The notes: generated from the letters alone by a model not told the origin. Numbered from the stretch's first letter, positions 1 through 8,583 are shown. The stretch: 32,000 nt of DNA from Candidatus Scalindua sp. (GCA_031316235.1 JALDRA010000001.1:2280001-2312000); one strand, 5' to 3'. A program made the numbers and translations.

Positions 1-216
1 CAGGAACTCCACGAGTCAGCTTAATTAAACCCGGATTCCCACTTAATCTGAGCAATTTCATTGTCTATCTTACCGTTTAACAATTGATAAAGTATCGAAA
101 AAAATAATTATGCTACCTGCCAAACTATCCGTCGGGCAAGAAGACTTGACAGCAATATATAAAAAATGGAGATACTATTCCATTAAATTATTTTGTTGCT
201 TTTCTCCCCCATATAC

Positions 217-296
217 TATACTAAAACCAGAAGCCTGGTTGCCGTTATCCCCGGACAAGGCGCCGAGGACTTTCCCCGCTCCGTTTTTTTCAGGAT
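217..296 (-). repeat. Modular hairpin repeat, truncated copy: H2-side terminus + G module + half of H1
   Basis: TATACTAAAACC terminus (preceded by an extra TATAC at 212-216), small hairpin AACCAG/CTGGTT, and G module TATCCCCGGACAAGGCGCCGAGGAC (246-270). Then 27 nt match the outer arm of H1 at 18/27. It abuts the next copy head to head. Confidence 0.75.
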
Positions 297-298
297 GT

Positions 299-411
299 TA
301 TACTCATCTCATACTGGATTTCGGATAAAATCCGAGAAAAAATTGAGCGAGCATACCTTCACCAAAATTTGGTTTCCGGTAAAAACGAAAACCATCATAA
401 GGATGCGTATA
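299..411 (+). repeat. Modular hairpin repeat, full copy (H1+H2), 113 bp
   Basis: TATACTCATCTCATACTGGATTTCGGATAAAATCCGAGAAAAAATTGAGCGAGCATACCTTCACCAAAATTTGGTTTCCGGTAAAAACGAAAACC...GCGTATA. Near-identical over H1 to the copies at 17332 and 28352. The right end is diverged. Confidence 0.9.
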
Positions 412-484
412 AAGAAGATTTTTTAGAGATAGAGGGTAAAGTGAGATGTAACGTAAAGAGATTTCATTTCTCAGGAGAGTATTC

Positions 485-2296
485 ATGACATTATTGAGTC
501 TGCAGGAAGTAAGCGTCAGTTTTGGTGGTCTGATTATCCTTGATCGGGTGAGTTTACAGATAGAGCGTGGTGAACGGGTCTGCCTCCTTGGGAGAAACGG
601 TGCAGGAAAGTCAACGTTACTGAAGCTGATCAACGGGGCGGTTCTACCGGATTCTGGAGAGGTTGTTCGGCAAAAAGGACTCCGCAGTGCCTATCTTTCA
701 CAGGAAATTCCTCGAGATGTACAGGGAACCGTATTTGACATTGTACTTGATGGCCTGAGAGGTCACGGCCAGGGCAATCCACACGATGAAATTGATCACG
801 ATTGGGAGATGCATCATCTGGTGGAAAAGGTGATTTCGCTGATACAGCTGAATGCAGATTCAGAATTCCAGACACTATCTTCCGGCCTGAAACGGAGGGT
901 ACTCCTTGCCCGGGGCCTGGTTTGTCAGCCTGAGATTTTACTTCTCGATGAGCCGACAAACCATCTGGATATTGCATCGATCGGCTGGTTGGAAGAGTTT
1001 CTCCTTCGCTATAAAGGGACAATTTTTTTTGTAACCCATGACCGTATGTTTTTACAAAAAACAGCCAATCGCATCATGGAACTTGATCGCGGCAAGCTTT
1101 CAGACTGGGAGTGTGACTATCAAACGTTTCTTTTACGGAAAGAGGCACTGCTTGATGCTGAGGAAAAGCAGCAGGCAGTTTTTGATAAGAAACTGGCACA
1201 GGAAGAGATATGGCTACGGCAGGGGATTAAGGCGCGACGCACACGAAACGAGGGACGGGTAAGGGCCCTTGAGAAAATGCGTGCAGTCCGGAGAGAACGA
1301 CGCATGGTAACAGGTACAGTGCGGATGAAAACCCATGAGGCTGAACGGTCAGGTGCAAAGATCATAGAGGTAAAGAACCTGGGTTACCGGTATGATGATA
1401 CCTCTGTTATCAAAGATTTTTCTACAACGATTATGAGGGGAGACAAAGTAGGCATTATCGGCCCGAATGGTTCGGGGAAGACCACACTCTTACGTCTTCT
1501 GCTCGGTGAATTGAGCCCCTGGAAGGGGACAGTACATCACGGTACACATATCCAGATTACCTATTTTGATCAGCTCCGTGAACAACTCAAAGAGGATAAG
1601 ACCGTCTATTACAATGTTGGTGAGGGGAGTGATTTTATTACCTTACAGGGTAAACAGAGGCATGTGATGAGTTATCTGCAGGATTTCCTCTTTTCACCCG
1701 ACCGTGCGCGTGTTTCTGCCAGTGTTCTTTCCGGTGGCGAGCGTAATCGTCTTCTCCTCGCCCGGCTCTTCACCAGGCCTTCAAACGTTCTCGTAATGGA
1801 TGAACCGACAAATGATCTCGATATTGAAACTCTGGAACTTCTGGAAGAATTGCTGGTGGATTACAAGGGAACACTCCTCCTGGTCAGTCACGATCGTGCC
1901 TTCCTCAACAATGTGGTGACCAGTACCATAGTGTTTGAAGGAGAAGGGCAATTGAATGAATATGTCGGAGGCTATGACGATTGGCTCCGACAGAGAAAGC
2001 TGGGCGAAAAAACCTCAAAGAAGTCTGTTAATGGTGAACCGGAACTGCCGGTGAAAAAACGTGACAGGCCGCGTAAGCTCAGCTTTAAAGAAAAACGTGA
2101 ACTCGAAATCCTGCCGGAGCGGATAGAGTCACTTGAAACTGAACAGGACCAGTTACATCAGACCATGAGCGACCCGCTGTTTTATCAGAAACAGAAAGAT
2201 GAGATCGTGGGCATAAAGACCCGGTTATCAATTGTGGATACAGAGTTGGCTGATGCGTATCAACGATGGGAAACATTGGAAAAGCTGCAGGATTAA
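485..2296 (+). CDS. uup: ABC-F family ATPase (Uup-like; tandem ABC cassettes, no TM domain, C-terminal coiled coil)
   Basis: 603-aa ORF with AGGAGA just upstream of the ATG. Two Walker A motifs (GRNGAGKST, GPNGSGKTT), two ABC signatures (LSSGLKRR, LSGGERNR) and two Walker B motifs (LLLDEPTNHLD, LVMDEPTNDLD). Charged inter-cassette linker and helical C-terminal tail typical of Uup. Confidence 0.92.
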   Translation: MTLLSLQEVSVSFGGLIILDRVSLQIERGERVCLLGRNGAGKSTLLKLINGAVLPDSGEVVRQKGLRSAYLSQEIPRDVQGTVFDIVLDGLRGHGQGNPHDEIDHDWEMHHLVEKVISLIQLNADSEFQTLSSGLKRRVLLARGLVCQPEILLLDEPTNHLDIASIGWLEEFLLRYKGTIFFVTHDRMFLQKTANRIMELDRGKLSDWECDYQTFLLRKEALLDAEEKQQAVFDKKLAQEEIWLRQGIKARRTRNEGRVRALEKMRAVRRERRMVTGTVRMKTHEAERSGAKIIEVKNLGYRYDDTSVIKDFSTTIMRGDKVGIIGPNGSGKTTLLRLLLGELSPWKGTVHHGTHIQITYFDQLREQLKEDKTVYYNVGEGSDFITLQGKQRHVMSYLQDFLFSPDRARVSASVLSGGERNRLLLARLFTRPSNVLVMDEPTNDLDIETLELLEELLVDYKGTLLLVSHDRAFLNNVVTSTIVFEGEGQLNEYVGGYDDWLRQRKLGEKTSKKSVNGEPELPVKKRDRPRKLSFKEKRELEILPERIESLETEQDQLHQTMSDPLFYQKQKDEIVGIKTRLSIVDTELADAYQRWETLEKLQD

Positions 2297-2463
2297 ACGG
2301 CAGTTTTTTAACCGCCATACTGTTTCTGGGAAAATGTCTTAAATACTTGAAATTAACTGAGGAATTTGCAAAACTATGTTGTGGTGATGAGTTAAGAATA
2401 TGCCGATAGGCGTTAACGCTAAAAAAATTGTGAGATTAACTTAATATAACTTGGAAAGGGATT

Positions 2464-4722
2464 ATGAAAAAAAATTGTCTATTTGTTTCCCATAGTAGTA
2501 AAGACGGTGACTGTGAAATGGCTCTTCGCAAGGGGCTGGAAAATCTTGGCCTGGAAATCCGTTTCGATTCATGTGATGGAGAACCCTCTAAGGAATTACA
2601 CCCTGAAACAAAACAGGAGATTGAGGAGGCCCGTGCATTTATTGTGGTGATTGGTACCGAGACGAAAAGTGCTGACCGTGTTGTGAAGGAGACCGCACAT
2701 GCCCTGGAGCAGATGAAAAAAGGTGATAATGATTACAAAGTGATTCCTCTTATACTGGAAGGTGTTGAACCTGAAGCCGTAACCACGGTTTTGGGGAAAG
2801 AACCCGTTGGAATGAAGATTCAAATTGGTTCCGGTGGTATTGATGAAGCGATACCGCAAATTCTGGCGGCACTGGGAGAACGACTATCAGAAGAGCAGAA
2901 ACAGTCTATCCTGGCCAGTATCGGAGCTCAGTTACGCCGTATCTCTCCGGAAATGAGAGAGAAAATGAAGCCGTTGGGCGTGTTTCAGGGGGGAGGGAGT
3001 ATTTCCAACATAACGTATGTTTTAAAATTAAACGAAGCGGAAAGGGATTTATTAGTTAAGGAATTATTGGAGATTGGTCTGGCTGAACCGATGCCGTATG
3101 GTTTCATACGCTTTCATCCAGCCCTTTGTCCTTACCTGTATCAGGAATTAGATCAGTCCATGCGCAACACATACCAGGCTCGGTGGGGCGAAAGTATGCG
3201 GCAATTGGTAGAGTTTCTGAATAAGAAACGGTCTGAAGACACGCATCTTGCGGATTCTTTGACACAACTCGAACAGATGAACCTCCTGCAGATGCTGCGA
3301 TATGTACAGGCACAGGATGTACCTGAGGTTACCATGGATCTGGCGGTAATGCTTGAAGAGCTCGTCGCACAGCTTGAAACACCAGGCATCCTGGCAAAAG
3401 TGACAGAAATTCGCAAAGAGGAGGAGAAGAAATCGGGCGAATGGGGTCATAACAGATTTGAAGTATTGAGGATACAGATTGAAAGATTGATGAGTATTGG
3501 AAGTCTGCCCAGGGCGTTAAGTGTTGCCCAGGTCCTCCTGGATAAGTGTGAACAGGCTGGTGAGAATTCTTATGCGGGAGCAGATTATGATCTGGCAGAG
3601 GCCCACATGCTCTTGGGCCGTGTATTAAGGGTGGGGGGTGCCGCTGAAGATGCGCTCAAATCAATTGATGAGGCACTCAGACGCTTTCAGCTGCTGGCAG
3701 ACAGGGGGGATAGTGATACTACGGTGAAGATGGTAGCCGCTTCACTTGCGAAAAGAGGTGAGTGTCTTTTTGACCTTGGGCGCTTCAAAGATGCTGCTGC
3801 CGCTTACGAAGGGAGTATACGGAAGGCTGGAGAGGTTAAAAGCGAGAGGCAGATTGCTCTTGCAAAAGGTCAGCTCGGAATGGTTCGTATGTCTCTGGGA
3901 CAATATGAGGAATCACTTAGGTCTCATGATGAGGCTCGAGAAATATTTGATAATCTTGGTGATCCCAACATGGTTGCCGTTGCCTGTCAACAGACGGGAG
4001 TGGTTCATGAGGAGATTGGCCAATTCGATGAAGCGGAGCAGGCATATCTTCAGGCACTGGCTATCAATGTAGAGCAGAAGAATACGATGGACGAGGCCAA
4101 GTGTCTTGGAAGTCTCGGAAGTTTCTACGCAAAGATTGGGAGGTCAGAAGATGCCGTGAATTATTTTCAAAGGGCAGCCGGTATATATCGAGAAATCAAC
4201 GATATGGCAAACGAGGGGCGTGTCCGCGGCAATCTTACTATCACCTTGATCATACTAAAGCGTTACGAAGAAGCCAGGCGTGAGATTCTGAGGGCTATTG
4301 AATGTTTCAAACCCTATGGTCATAATGTTGAACCCTGGAGGGCGTGGGACAAACTGCGCGAAATTGAACTGGCAGAGGGAAACCAGGAGGCCGCTTCCCG
4401 GGCACGGAAGCAGTCGGTCCAGGTATATCTTGCCTGCCGCCGTGACGGTGGAGAAGATCAGAATCCGAGCGCGAGGCTGTGTGTATTGTTTGAGGAAGCC
4501 TTGAAGAAACAGAAGCCGGAAGAGGTCCGAAAACAACTGGACGAAGTTGCCAACGACCCTAAAATACCTGTATCAGGGAAACTCCTGGTTTCAAAATTAC
4601 AGGAGATCCTGGCCGGTTCCCGTGAGAGAGAGCTGGCGGAGGATCTCGGACTCAATTATGCGGATGCAGCCGAAATTCTGTTTTTACTGGAAAGGCTGGA
4701 AAGAGTGAAAGTTGGTGTATAA
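2464..4722 (+). CDS. TIR domain - winged-helix-like linker - TPR repeat protein (no P-loop NTPase domain)
   Basis: 752-aa ORF with GGAAAGGG upstream of the ATG. N-terminal TIR-type motifs: LFVSHSSKD, ARAFIVVIG, SADRVVKETAHAL (Glu at the expected catalytic position), KVIPLIL. A STAND-like winged-helix-looking segment follows (LGVFQGGGS...LVKELLEIGLAEP...FIRFHPALCPYLYQEL). The C-terminal half has at least 6 TPR-like repeats of A/L/G/Y-rich 34-mers. No GxxxxGK[ST] motif anywhere. Confidence 0.8.
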   Translation: MKKNCLFVSHSSKDGDCEMALRKGLENLGLEIRFDSCDGEPSKELHPETKQEIEEARAFIVVIGTETKSADRVVKETAHALEQMKKGDNDYKVIPLILEGVEPEAVTTVLGKEPVGMKIQIGSGGIDEAIPQILAALGERLSEEQKQSILASIGAQLRRISPEMREKMKPLGVFQGGGSISNITYVLKLNEAERDLLVKELLEIGLAEPMPYGFIRFHPALCPYLYQELDQSMRNTYQARWGESMRQLVEFLNKKRSEDTHLADSLTQLEQMNLLQMLRYVQAQDVPEVTMDLAVMLEELVAQLETPGILAKVTEIRKEEEKKSGEWGHNRFEVLRIQIERLMSIGSLPRALSVAQVLLDKCEQAGENSYAGADYDLAEAHMLLGRVLRVGGAAEDALKSIDEALRRFQLLADRGDSDTTVKMVAASLAKRGECLFDLGRFKDAAAAYEGSIRKAGEVKSERQIALAKGQLGMVRMSLGQYEESLRSHDEAREIFDNLGDPNMVAVACQQTGVVHEEIGQFDEAEQAYLQALAINVEQKNTMDEAKCLGSLGSFYAKIGRSEDAVNYFQRAAGIYREINDMANEGRVRGNLTITLIILKRYEEARREILRAIECFKPYGHNVEPWRAWDKLREIELAEGNQEAASRARKQSVQVYLACRRDGGEDQNPSARLCVLFEEALKKQKPEEVRKQLDEVANDPKIPVSGKLLVSKLQEILAGSRERELAEDLGLNYADAAEILFLLERLERVKVGV

Positions 4723-4805
4723 AGACCCTGGTTTTTCTGAAGGGTCAAGATACAGAATTTCAATGCCGCTTTTTCATCAACACTTTGACTGAAGGAGTCG
4801 TATAT

Positions 4806-7175
4806 ATGAGTTGGAACTATCTATCCATGTTACTGGTAGCCGCAAATTTTGTAATTGTTTCCCCGGGTTGCAACGGGAATCCGAAATTACTCAGTGGCAC
4901 TAACTACTCCGGGGAAGAAGGAGCAGGGGGAGCAATTGAGTCTGTGGTAAAACCAGATGGAAAGGGCTGTCTTCTATGCCATGAGGGAATTGAGGTTATC
5001 AGCGAGGTAATGCAGCCTTTTCTCCTGGGGTTCGCCAAAAGGGAATATGGTGAGACCACAGGGTACGAGTGTGCTATCTGCCATGAAGGAAATCCCTCTT
5101 CAGGGGAGAAAGAGGCTGCCCATGATGGTTTTGTCCCCAACCCGTCAAGCATGTGGGCCCTTCACCAGGGAAAGGGGTGTGCAAAATGCCACGATGGCAA
5201 GGGGAGTATCACTACACTTATGGGGAAAGCTCTTGAGACCCCTGTTGGAGGAGAATTGATGTCATCGGTTAATCCTTCTGTAGAAAATATTGGTGATTAT
5301 ACCTTCCGGATGTCTCTGTCTCTCCATTCACTCATGACGGGTATTGCAAGCAAAACACTCTCTTCAAACGGTGTTGTTGAGAAAGGTACATTTCCGTATG
5401 GAAATTTTGCTATGGTAGATACCGACGGGCCGGTACCCCTGGCTGGTTCCGAAAAATATAAGGAGTGGTCAGCAAAGGCCTTAAAGACCGGGTTTCTGAG
5501 AAGGTTGGAAAAGGTGGATGAGATTCCTGACTTTGAAAAGGGGATAACAATTTTTGGATCGGAAGAAAAAGCTGGCTTTTCCGACACGTACAGGAAACAG
5601 TGCGCGAGGTGTCACGTCTGGGGTGAGGGGAGGGGTGAACGGGGAGATCTGCGGGCTTCCGGTTGTGCCGCTTGCCATGTATTATACGGGAATGATGGGA
5701 AATACGAGGGAAACGATCCGACTATCAGAAACAACGAGTCACGCCCGCATCCATTAAGACATCGGATCACCAGTGCCATACCGGCAGCGCAATGCACCCA
5801 CTGCCACACGAGGGGAAAGAGGATTGGAACCACTTTCGTTGGAATGTTTGAATATGATTATATTAAGGATAAGCACGCTCCCCCTTTTGATGAAAACGGC
5901 AAACCACAGGAACCCCTGTTTACGAAGGAGTATTTACATGTGAGAAAGGATGTCCATTTTGAAAGAGGTATGCAGTGCGTGGATTGCCATACCTCTCTAG
6001 ACGTCCATGGTGATGGAAATATCTATCCTGCGACCCTTTATCAGGTGGAAGTCGCCTGCTATGATTGTCACGGTACTCCCACACACTATCCCTGGGAACT
6101 CCCGGTGGGATATGGAACACCGGTTACGCTGGATGGCTCTCGGGGTTTACACAAAGAGGGAAGCAGAGAGTATCTCCTCACTTCAAAAGGGAATGTAAAG
6201 GAGAACTGGTTTAAGGAGGGAGAAAAGACCTATGTCTTCAGCTCTTTTTCGGGTAAGAGGCATGAAGTTCCATTGCTGAAGCATATTCAGGAGGCTGATG
6301 AATTCAAGACTCAACAGGGTAAAGTCGCCATGTCTACGGTTCATGCACATATTGAAAAGCTGGAGTGTTATGCGTGCCATTCCACATGGGCACCGCAGTG
6401 CTACGGCTGTCACATGCAATATGACAGAAGGGCAGAAGGCACTGACTGGATAACTACATCAAAAAAGGTGGACCCAAAGAGCGGCAGGCAGACGGAGACA
6501 AAAACATCCGGTAACCTTTCTCTCGAAAACAGATCTTTTTTGAGGTGGGAAAGTCCCATCCTGGGTGTAAACATGAAAGGCAGGATTACACCGCTGGTTC
6601 CAGGATGTCAGACCTTTTATACCTTTGTAGATGAAGAGGGAAATATTAAAGTTCGAAACAAACACTACTCTACATCTACCGGGCATAATTCTCCCACGCT
6701 GGCGCCCATAAACCCTCATTCAGTAAGCCTAGTTGCAAGAACATGCGAGGACTGCCACACAACTCCAAAGGCGTTGGGATATGGCACAGGAAACTCAAGG
6801 AGCGCCGGGAAAATTCTCGGAGACAGACCTCTTTTTCAGGACCTTTCAAAAGGGGTATACGGGGACATCCCCGATGCGGTAACGGGACGATGGCAAACGG
6901 GGAAAATAGAAGATTTCCCTTATTCACTGGAGCAGCTGGTTACAAGGAGCGGGAAACAGTTGCAGAACATGCCGCTCCCGGAAGACAGACCATTAAATCA
7001 GGATGAAAGAGCGCTTGTAGAAAGAGAAGGTTTGTGCCTGGGATGTCACCAGTATCACGGAACACCGGAATGGGAAAACCTAATCAAAAAGCATGGCAGG
7101 GCAAAAACGGCGGAACAGCACGAAAAAATTGTCTCTGAGGCGATAAAGAGTCTCATGGAGAAGGCGAATAAGTAA
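4806..7175 (+). CDS. Multiheme c-type cytochrome, 12 CXXCH motifs, probable lipoprotein
   Basis: 12 CXXCH motifs counted in the translation: CLLCH, CAICH, CAKCH, CARCH, CAACH, CTHCH, CVDCH, CYDCH, CYACH, CYGCH, CEDCH, CLGCH. The ORF track starts at TTG 4785, but ATG 4806 lies 9 nt after GAAGGAG. That start gives a signal peptide MSWNYLSMLLVAANFVIVSPGC with a lipobox-like SPGC. Confidence 0.9.
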   Translation: MSWNYLSMLLVAANFVIVSPGCNGNPKLLSGTNYSGEEGAGGAIESVVKPDGKGCLLCHEGIEVISEVMQPFLLGFAKREYGETTGYECAICHEGNPSSGEKEAAHDGFVPNPSSMWALHQGKGCAKCHDGKGSITTLMGKALETPVGGELMSSVNPSVENIGDYTFRMSLSLHSLMTGIASKTLSSNGVVEKGTFPYGNFAMVDTDGPVPLAGSEKYKEWSAKALKTGFLRRLEKVDEIPDFEKGITIFGSEEKAGFSDTYRKQCARCHVWGEGRGERGDLRASGCAACHVLYGNDGKYEGNDPTIRNNESRPHPLRHRITSAIPAAQCTHCHTRGKRIGTTFVGMFEYDYIKDKHAPPFDENGKPQEPLFTKEYLHVRKDVHFERGMQCVDCHTSLDVHGDGNIYPATLYQVEVACYDCHGTPTHYPWELPVGYGTPVTLDGSRGLHKEGSREYLLTSKGNVKENWFKEGEKTYVFSSFSGKRHEVPLLKHIQEADEFKTQQGKVAMSTVHAHIEKLECYACHSTWAPQCYGCHMQYDRRAEGTDWITTSKKVDPKSGRQTETKTSGNLSLENRSFLRWESPILGVNMKGRITPLVPGCQTFYTFVDEEGNIKVRNKHYSTSTGHNSPTLAPINPHSVSLVARTCEDCHTTPKALGYGTGNSRSAGKILGDRPLFQDLSKGVYGDIPDAVTGRWQTGKIEDFPYSLEQLVTRSGKQLQNMPLPEDRPLNQDERALVEREGLCLGCHQYHGTPEWENLIKKHGRAKTAEQHEKIVSEAIKSLMEKANK

Positions 7176-7207
7176 CACCGATAGGTTCCCCGTTTGTCAA
7201 ACCAATA

Positions 7208-7222
7208 TATACTAAAACCGAT
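7208..7222 (-). repeat. Solo H2-side terminus of the repeat family
   Basis: TATACTAAAACCGAT is an exact reverse complement of ATCGGTTTTAGTATA, which ends the copies at 17443 and 28464. Confidence 0.7.
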
Positions 7223-7245
7223 GATTCCAGAGAGAAAGGAACTCT

Positions 7246-7458
7246 ATGCTTTCCGATAAAGAGTATCTGTTGAAAATTGCGAAAACCCGTATGCCGTTTG
7301 GTAAATATAAAGATATGTTGCTGCTGGACCTGCCCGAGTGGTATATCGTATGGTATGCGAATAAGGGGTTTCCCGAAGGCGAGCTGGGTAACCTGCTCAA
7401 GTGTGTCTATGAAATCAAACTCAATGGACTCGAATACCTGTTTAAACCGCTCAGATAA
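7246..7458 (+). CDS. DUF3820-like small conserved protein (70 aa)
   Basis: AGAAAGGA upstream of the ATG. The sequence MPFGKYKDMLLLDLPEWYIVWYANKGFPEGELGNLL matches my memory of the DUF3820/QSregVF_b pattern (MPFGKYKG..L.DLP..Y..W....GFP.G.LG). Confidence 0.65.
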   Translation: MLSDKEYLLKIAKTRMPFGKYKDMLLLDLPEWYIVWYANKGFPEGELGNLLKCVYEIKLNGLEYLFKPLR

Positions 7459-7471
7459 TGTAACGATGGTG

Positions 7472-7487
7472 CAATAGGATGAGTATA
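7472..7487 (-). repeat. Solo H1-side terminus of the repeat family
   Basis: CAATAGGATGAGTATA(AC). The 12 nt GATGAGTATAAC (7478-7489) are an exact reverse complement of GTTATACTCATC, found at the starts of the copies at 299, 17332 and 29643. Compare CCAATATGAGATGAGTATAAC at 21342-21364. Confidence 0.6.
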
Positions 7488-7685
7488 ACTGGTTTTTTAT
7501 CCGGATTGGTGCTGAAGGATTCTTTCATGATCAGTTTTGCGGCAAATCAGAAAAAATAAATTTCTGAATTGATTTGCGTACGCAGAGTTATACAATAGGT
7601 ACGCTGTGTGTAATAAGTTCAATGAGCTTTGCCATGGAAAATAGTTTACAGTGACTTCCTGTCGTGAGAAAAAGGAGAAAAATAC

Positions 7686-8408
7686 ATGAAGGCAAAAAAA
7701 GGGAAAAAAACCGTGACCTCGCCGAAAAAATTTTCTATTTGTCCGGAATATCGAATTGCACATATCCTTGAAGAATCAGACGAAAAAGTTTCATCCTGGA
7801 GGATTTTAAAGATCGTTGGCGACTTTGTAAGTGGGTATGAGTTTTTAAAACGGTATGATCTTGCGGTAAGTATTTTTGGAAGCGCCCGCCGTGGATTCGA
7901 AGATGAAGTTTACCTGGAGGCACAAAAACTGGGAAATAAGCTGGCAAAGAAAGGGTTTGCTGTCATTACGGGAGGTGGCCCCGGCATCATGGAAGCCGCA
8001 AACAGAGGGGCACATGAGGCTCAAGGTAAATCTGTCGGTATTAATATCCAGTTGCCTGCAGAACAACATACAAATCCATTTGTAAAGGAATCAATTGCCG
8101 TTAACTATTTTTTTGTACGGAAATTGATGCTCTCTTTCGCATCCGAGGTGTATGTTTTTTTTCCTGGGGGGTTTGGAACCCTTGATGAGTTTTTTGAATT
8201 GATCACCCTGATTCAGACAAAAAAAAGCAAGCCCGTTCCCATCATCCTGGTGAACAGGGAGTATTGGTCACCACTTCTGGAGTGGATACAGAATAATGTC
8301 TATGAAAAGAACCATGCTATTGATGCGGAGGACATGGAAATTTATAATTTAGTGAACACCGCTGATGAGGCGTTTAAGTTGATTCAGAAACTGGTGAATA
8401 ATAAGTAG
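7686..8408 (+). CDS. LOG family protein (TIGR00730 Rossmann-fold nucleotide-binding; cytokinin riboside 5'-monophosphate phosphoribohydrolase-like)
   Basis: AAGGAG upstream of the ATG. Hallmark motifs GGGPGIMEAANRGA and PGGFGTLDEFFE. Confidence 0.9.
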   Translation: MKAKKGKKTVTSPKKFSICPEYRIAHILEESDEKVSSWRILKIVGDFVSGYEFLKRYDLAVSIFGSARRGFEDEVYLEAQKLGNKLAKKGFAVITGGGPGIMEAANRGAHEAQGKSVGINIQLPAEQHTNPFVKESIAVNYFFVRKLMLSFASEVYVFFPGGFGTLDEFFELITLIQTKKSKPVPIILVNREYWSPLLEWIQNNVYEKNHAIDAEDMEIYNLVNTADEAFKLIQKLVNNK

Positions 8409-8442
8409 CCGGTTGTGAACAACTGCTGCCTTGAGCAGGAGA

Positions 8443-8583
8443 TATACCTTCACCAAGATTTGATTTTCGGTTTTACCGGAAACCAAATCTTGGTGAAGGT
8501 ATCCCCGGACAAAAAGCGCCGAGTACCTTACTCGCTCAAATTTATCTCGGATTTTATCAGAAATCCAGTATGAGATGAGTATA
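8443..8583 (-). repeat. Modular hairpin repeat, expanded copy (H1 + G module + H2), 141 bp
   Basis: The reverse complement reads TATACTCATCTCATACTGGATTTCTGATAAAATCCGAGATAAATTTGAGCGAGTA-[AGGTACTCGGCGCTTTTTGTCCGGGG]-ATACCTTCACCAAGATTTGGTTTCCGGTAAAACCGAAAATCAAATCTTGGTGAAGGTATA. H2 forms perfect 19-bp arms (8444-8462 / 8484-8502). Confidence 0.92.

Noticed and set aside
1-61. Minus-strand ATG at 61 opening a frame (MKLLRLSGNPGLIKLTRGVP...) that runs off the left edge.
   Set aside because: Only 20 codons are visible, there is no convincing RBS and nothing is recognisable. This is insufficient to call a partial gene.
110-426. ORF-track ORFs lying over repeat copies: 110..328, 193..426, 8349..8714 (-), 17267..17464 and 21305..21622 (-). 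Several share the peptide LISYWISDKIRDK(I/F)ERV.
   Set aside because: The shared peptide is simply the H1 module translated in one frame. Start codons lie outside the repeat and are not conserved between copies. No RBS is present, and the frames continue into unrelated flanks. These are non-coding repeats, not a small-protein family.
4724-4746. Hairpin GACCCT-N11-AGGGTC after the TIR-TPR gene as a terminator.
   Set aside because: It has only a 6-bp stem, an 11-nt loop and no U-tract. This is too weak to call.
4785-4805. TTG 4785 as the start of the multiheme cytochrome, as in the ORF track.
   Set aside because: GAAGGAG lies inside this extension and is correctly spaced for ATG 4806. That start also yields a proper signal peptide and lipobox.
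7686-8408. LOG-family gene as a SLOG-type nucleotide sensor linked to the nearby TIR protein.
   Set aside because: It has the canonical housekeeping TIGR00730 motifs (PGGxGTxxE). It is separated from the TIR gene by two unrelated genes and has no effector fusion. There is no contextual support.
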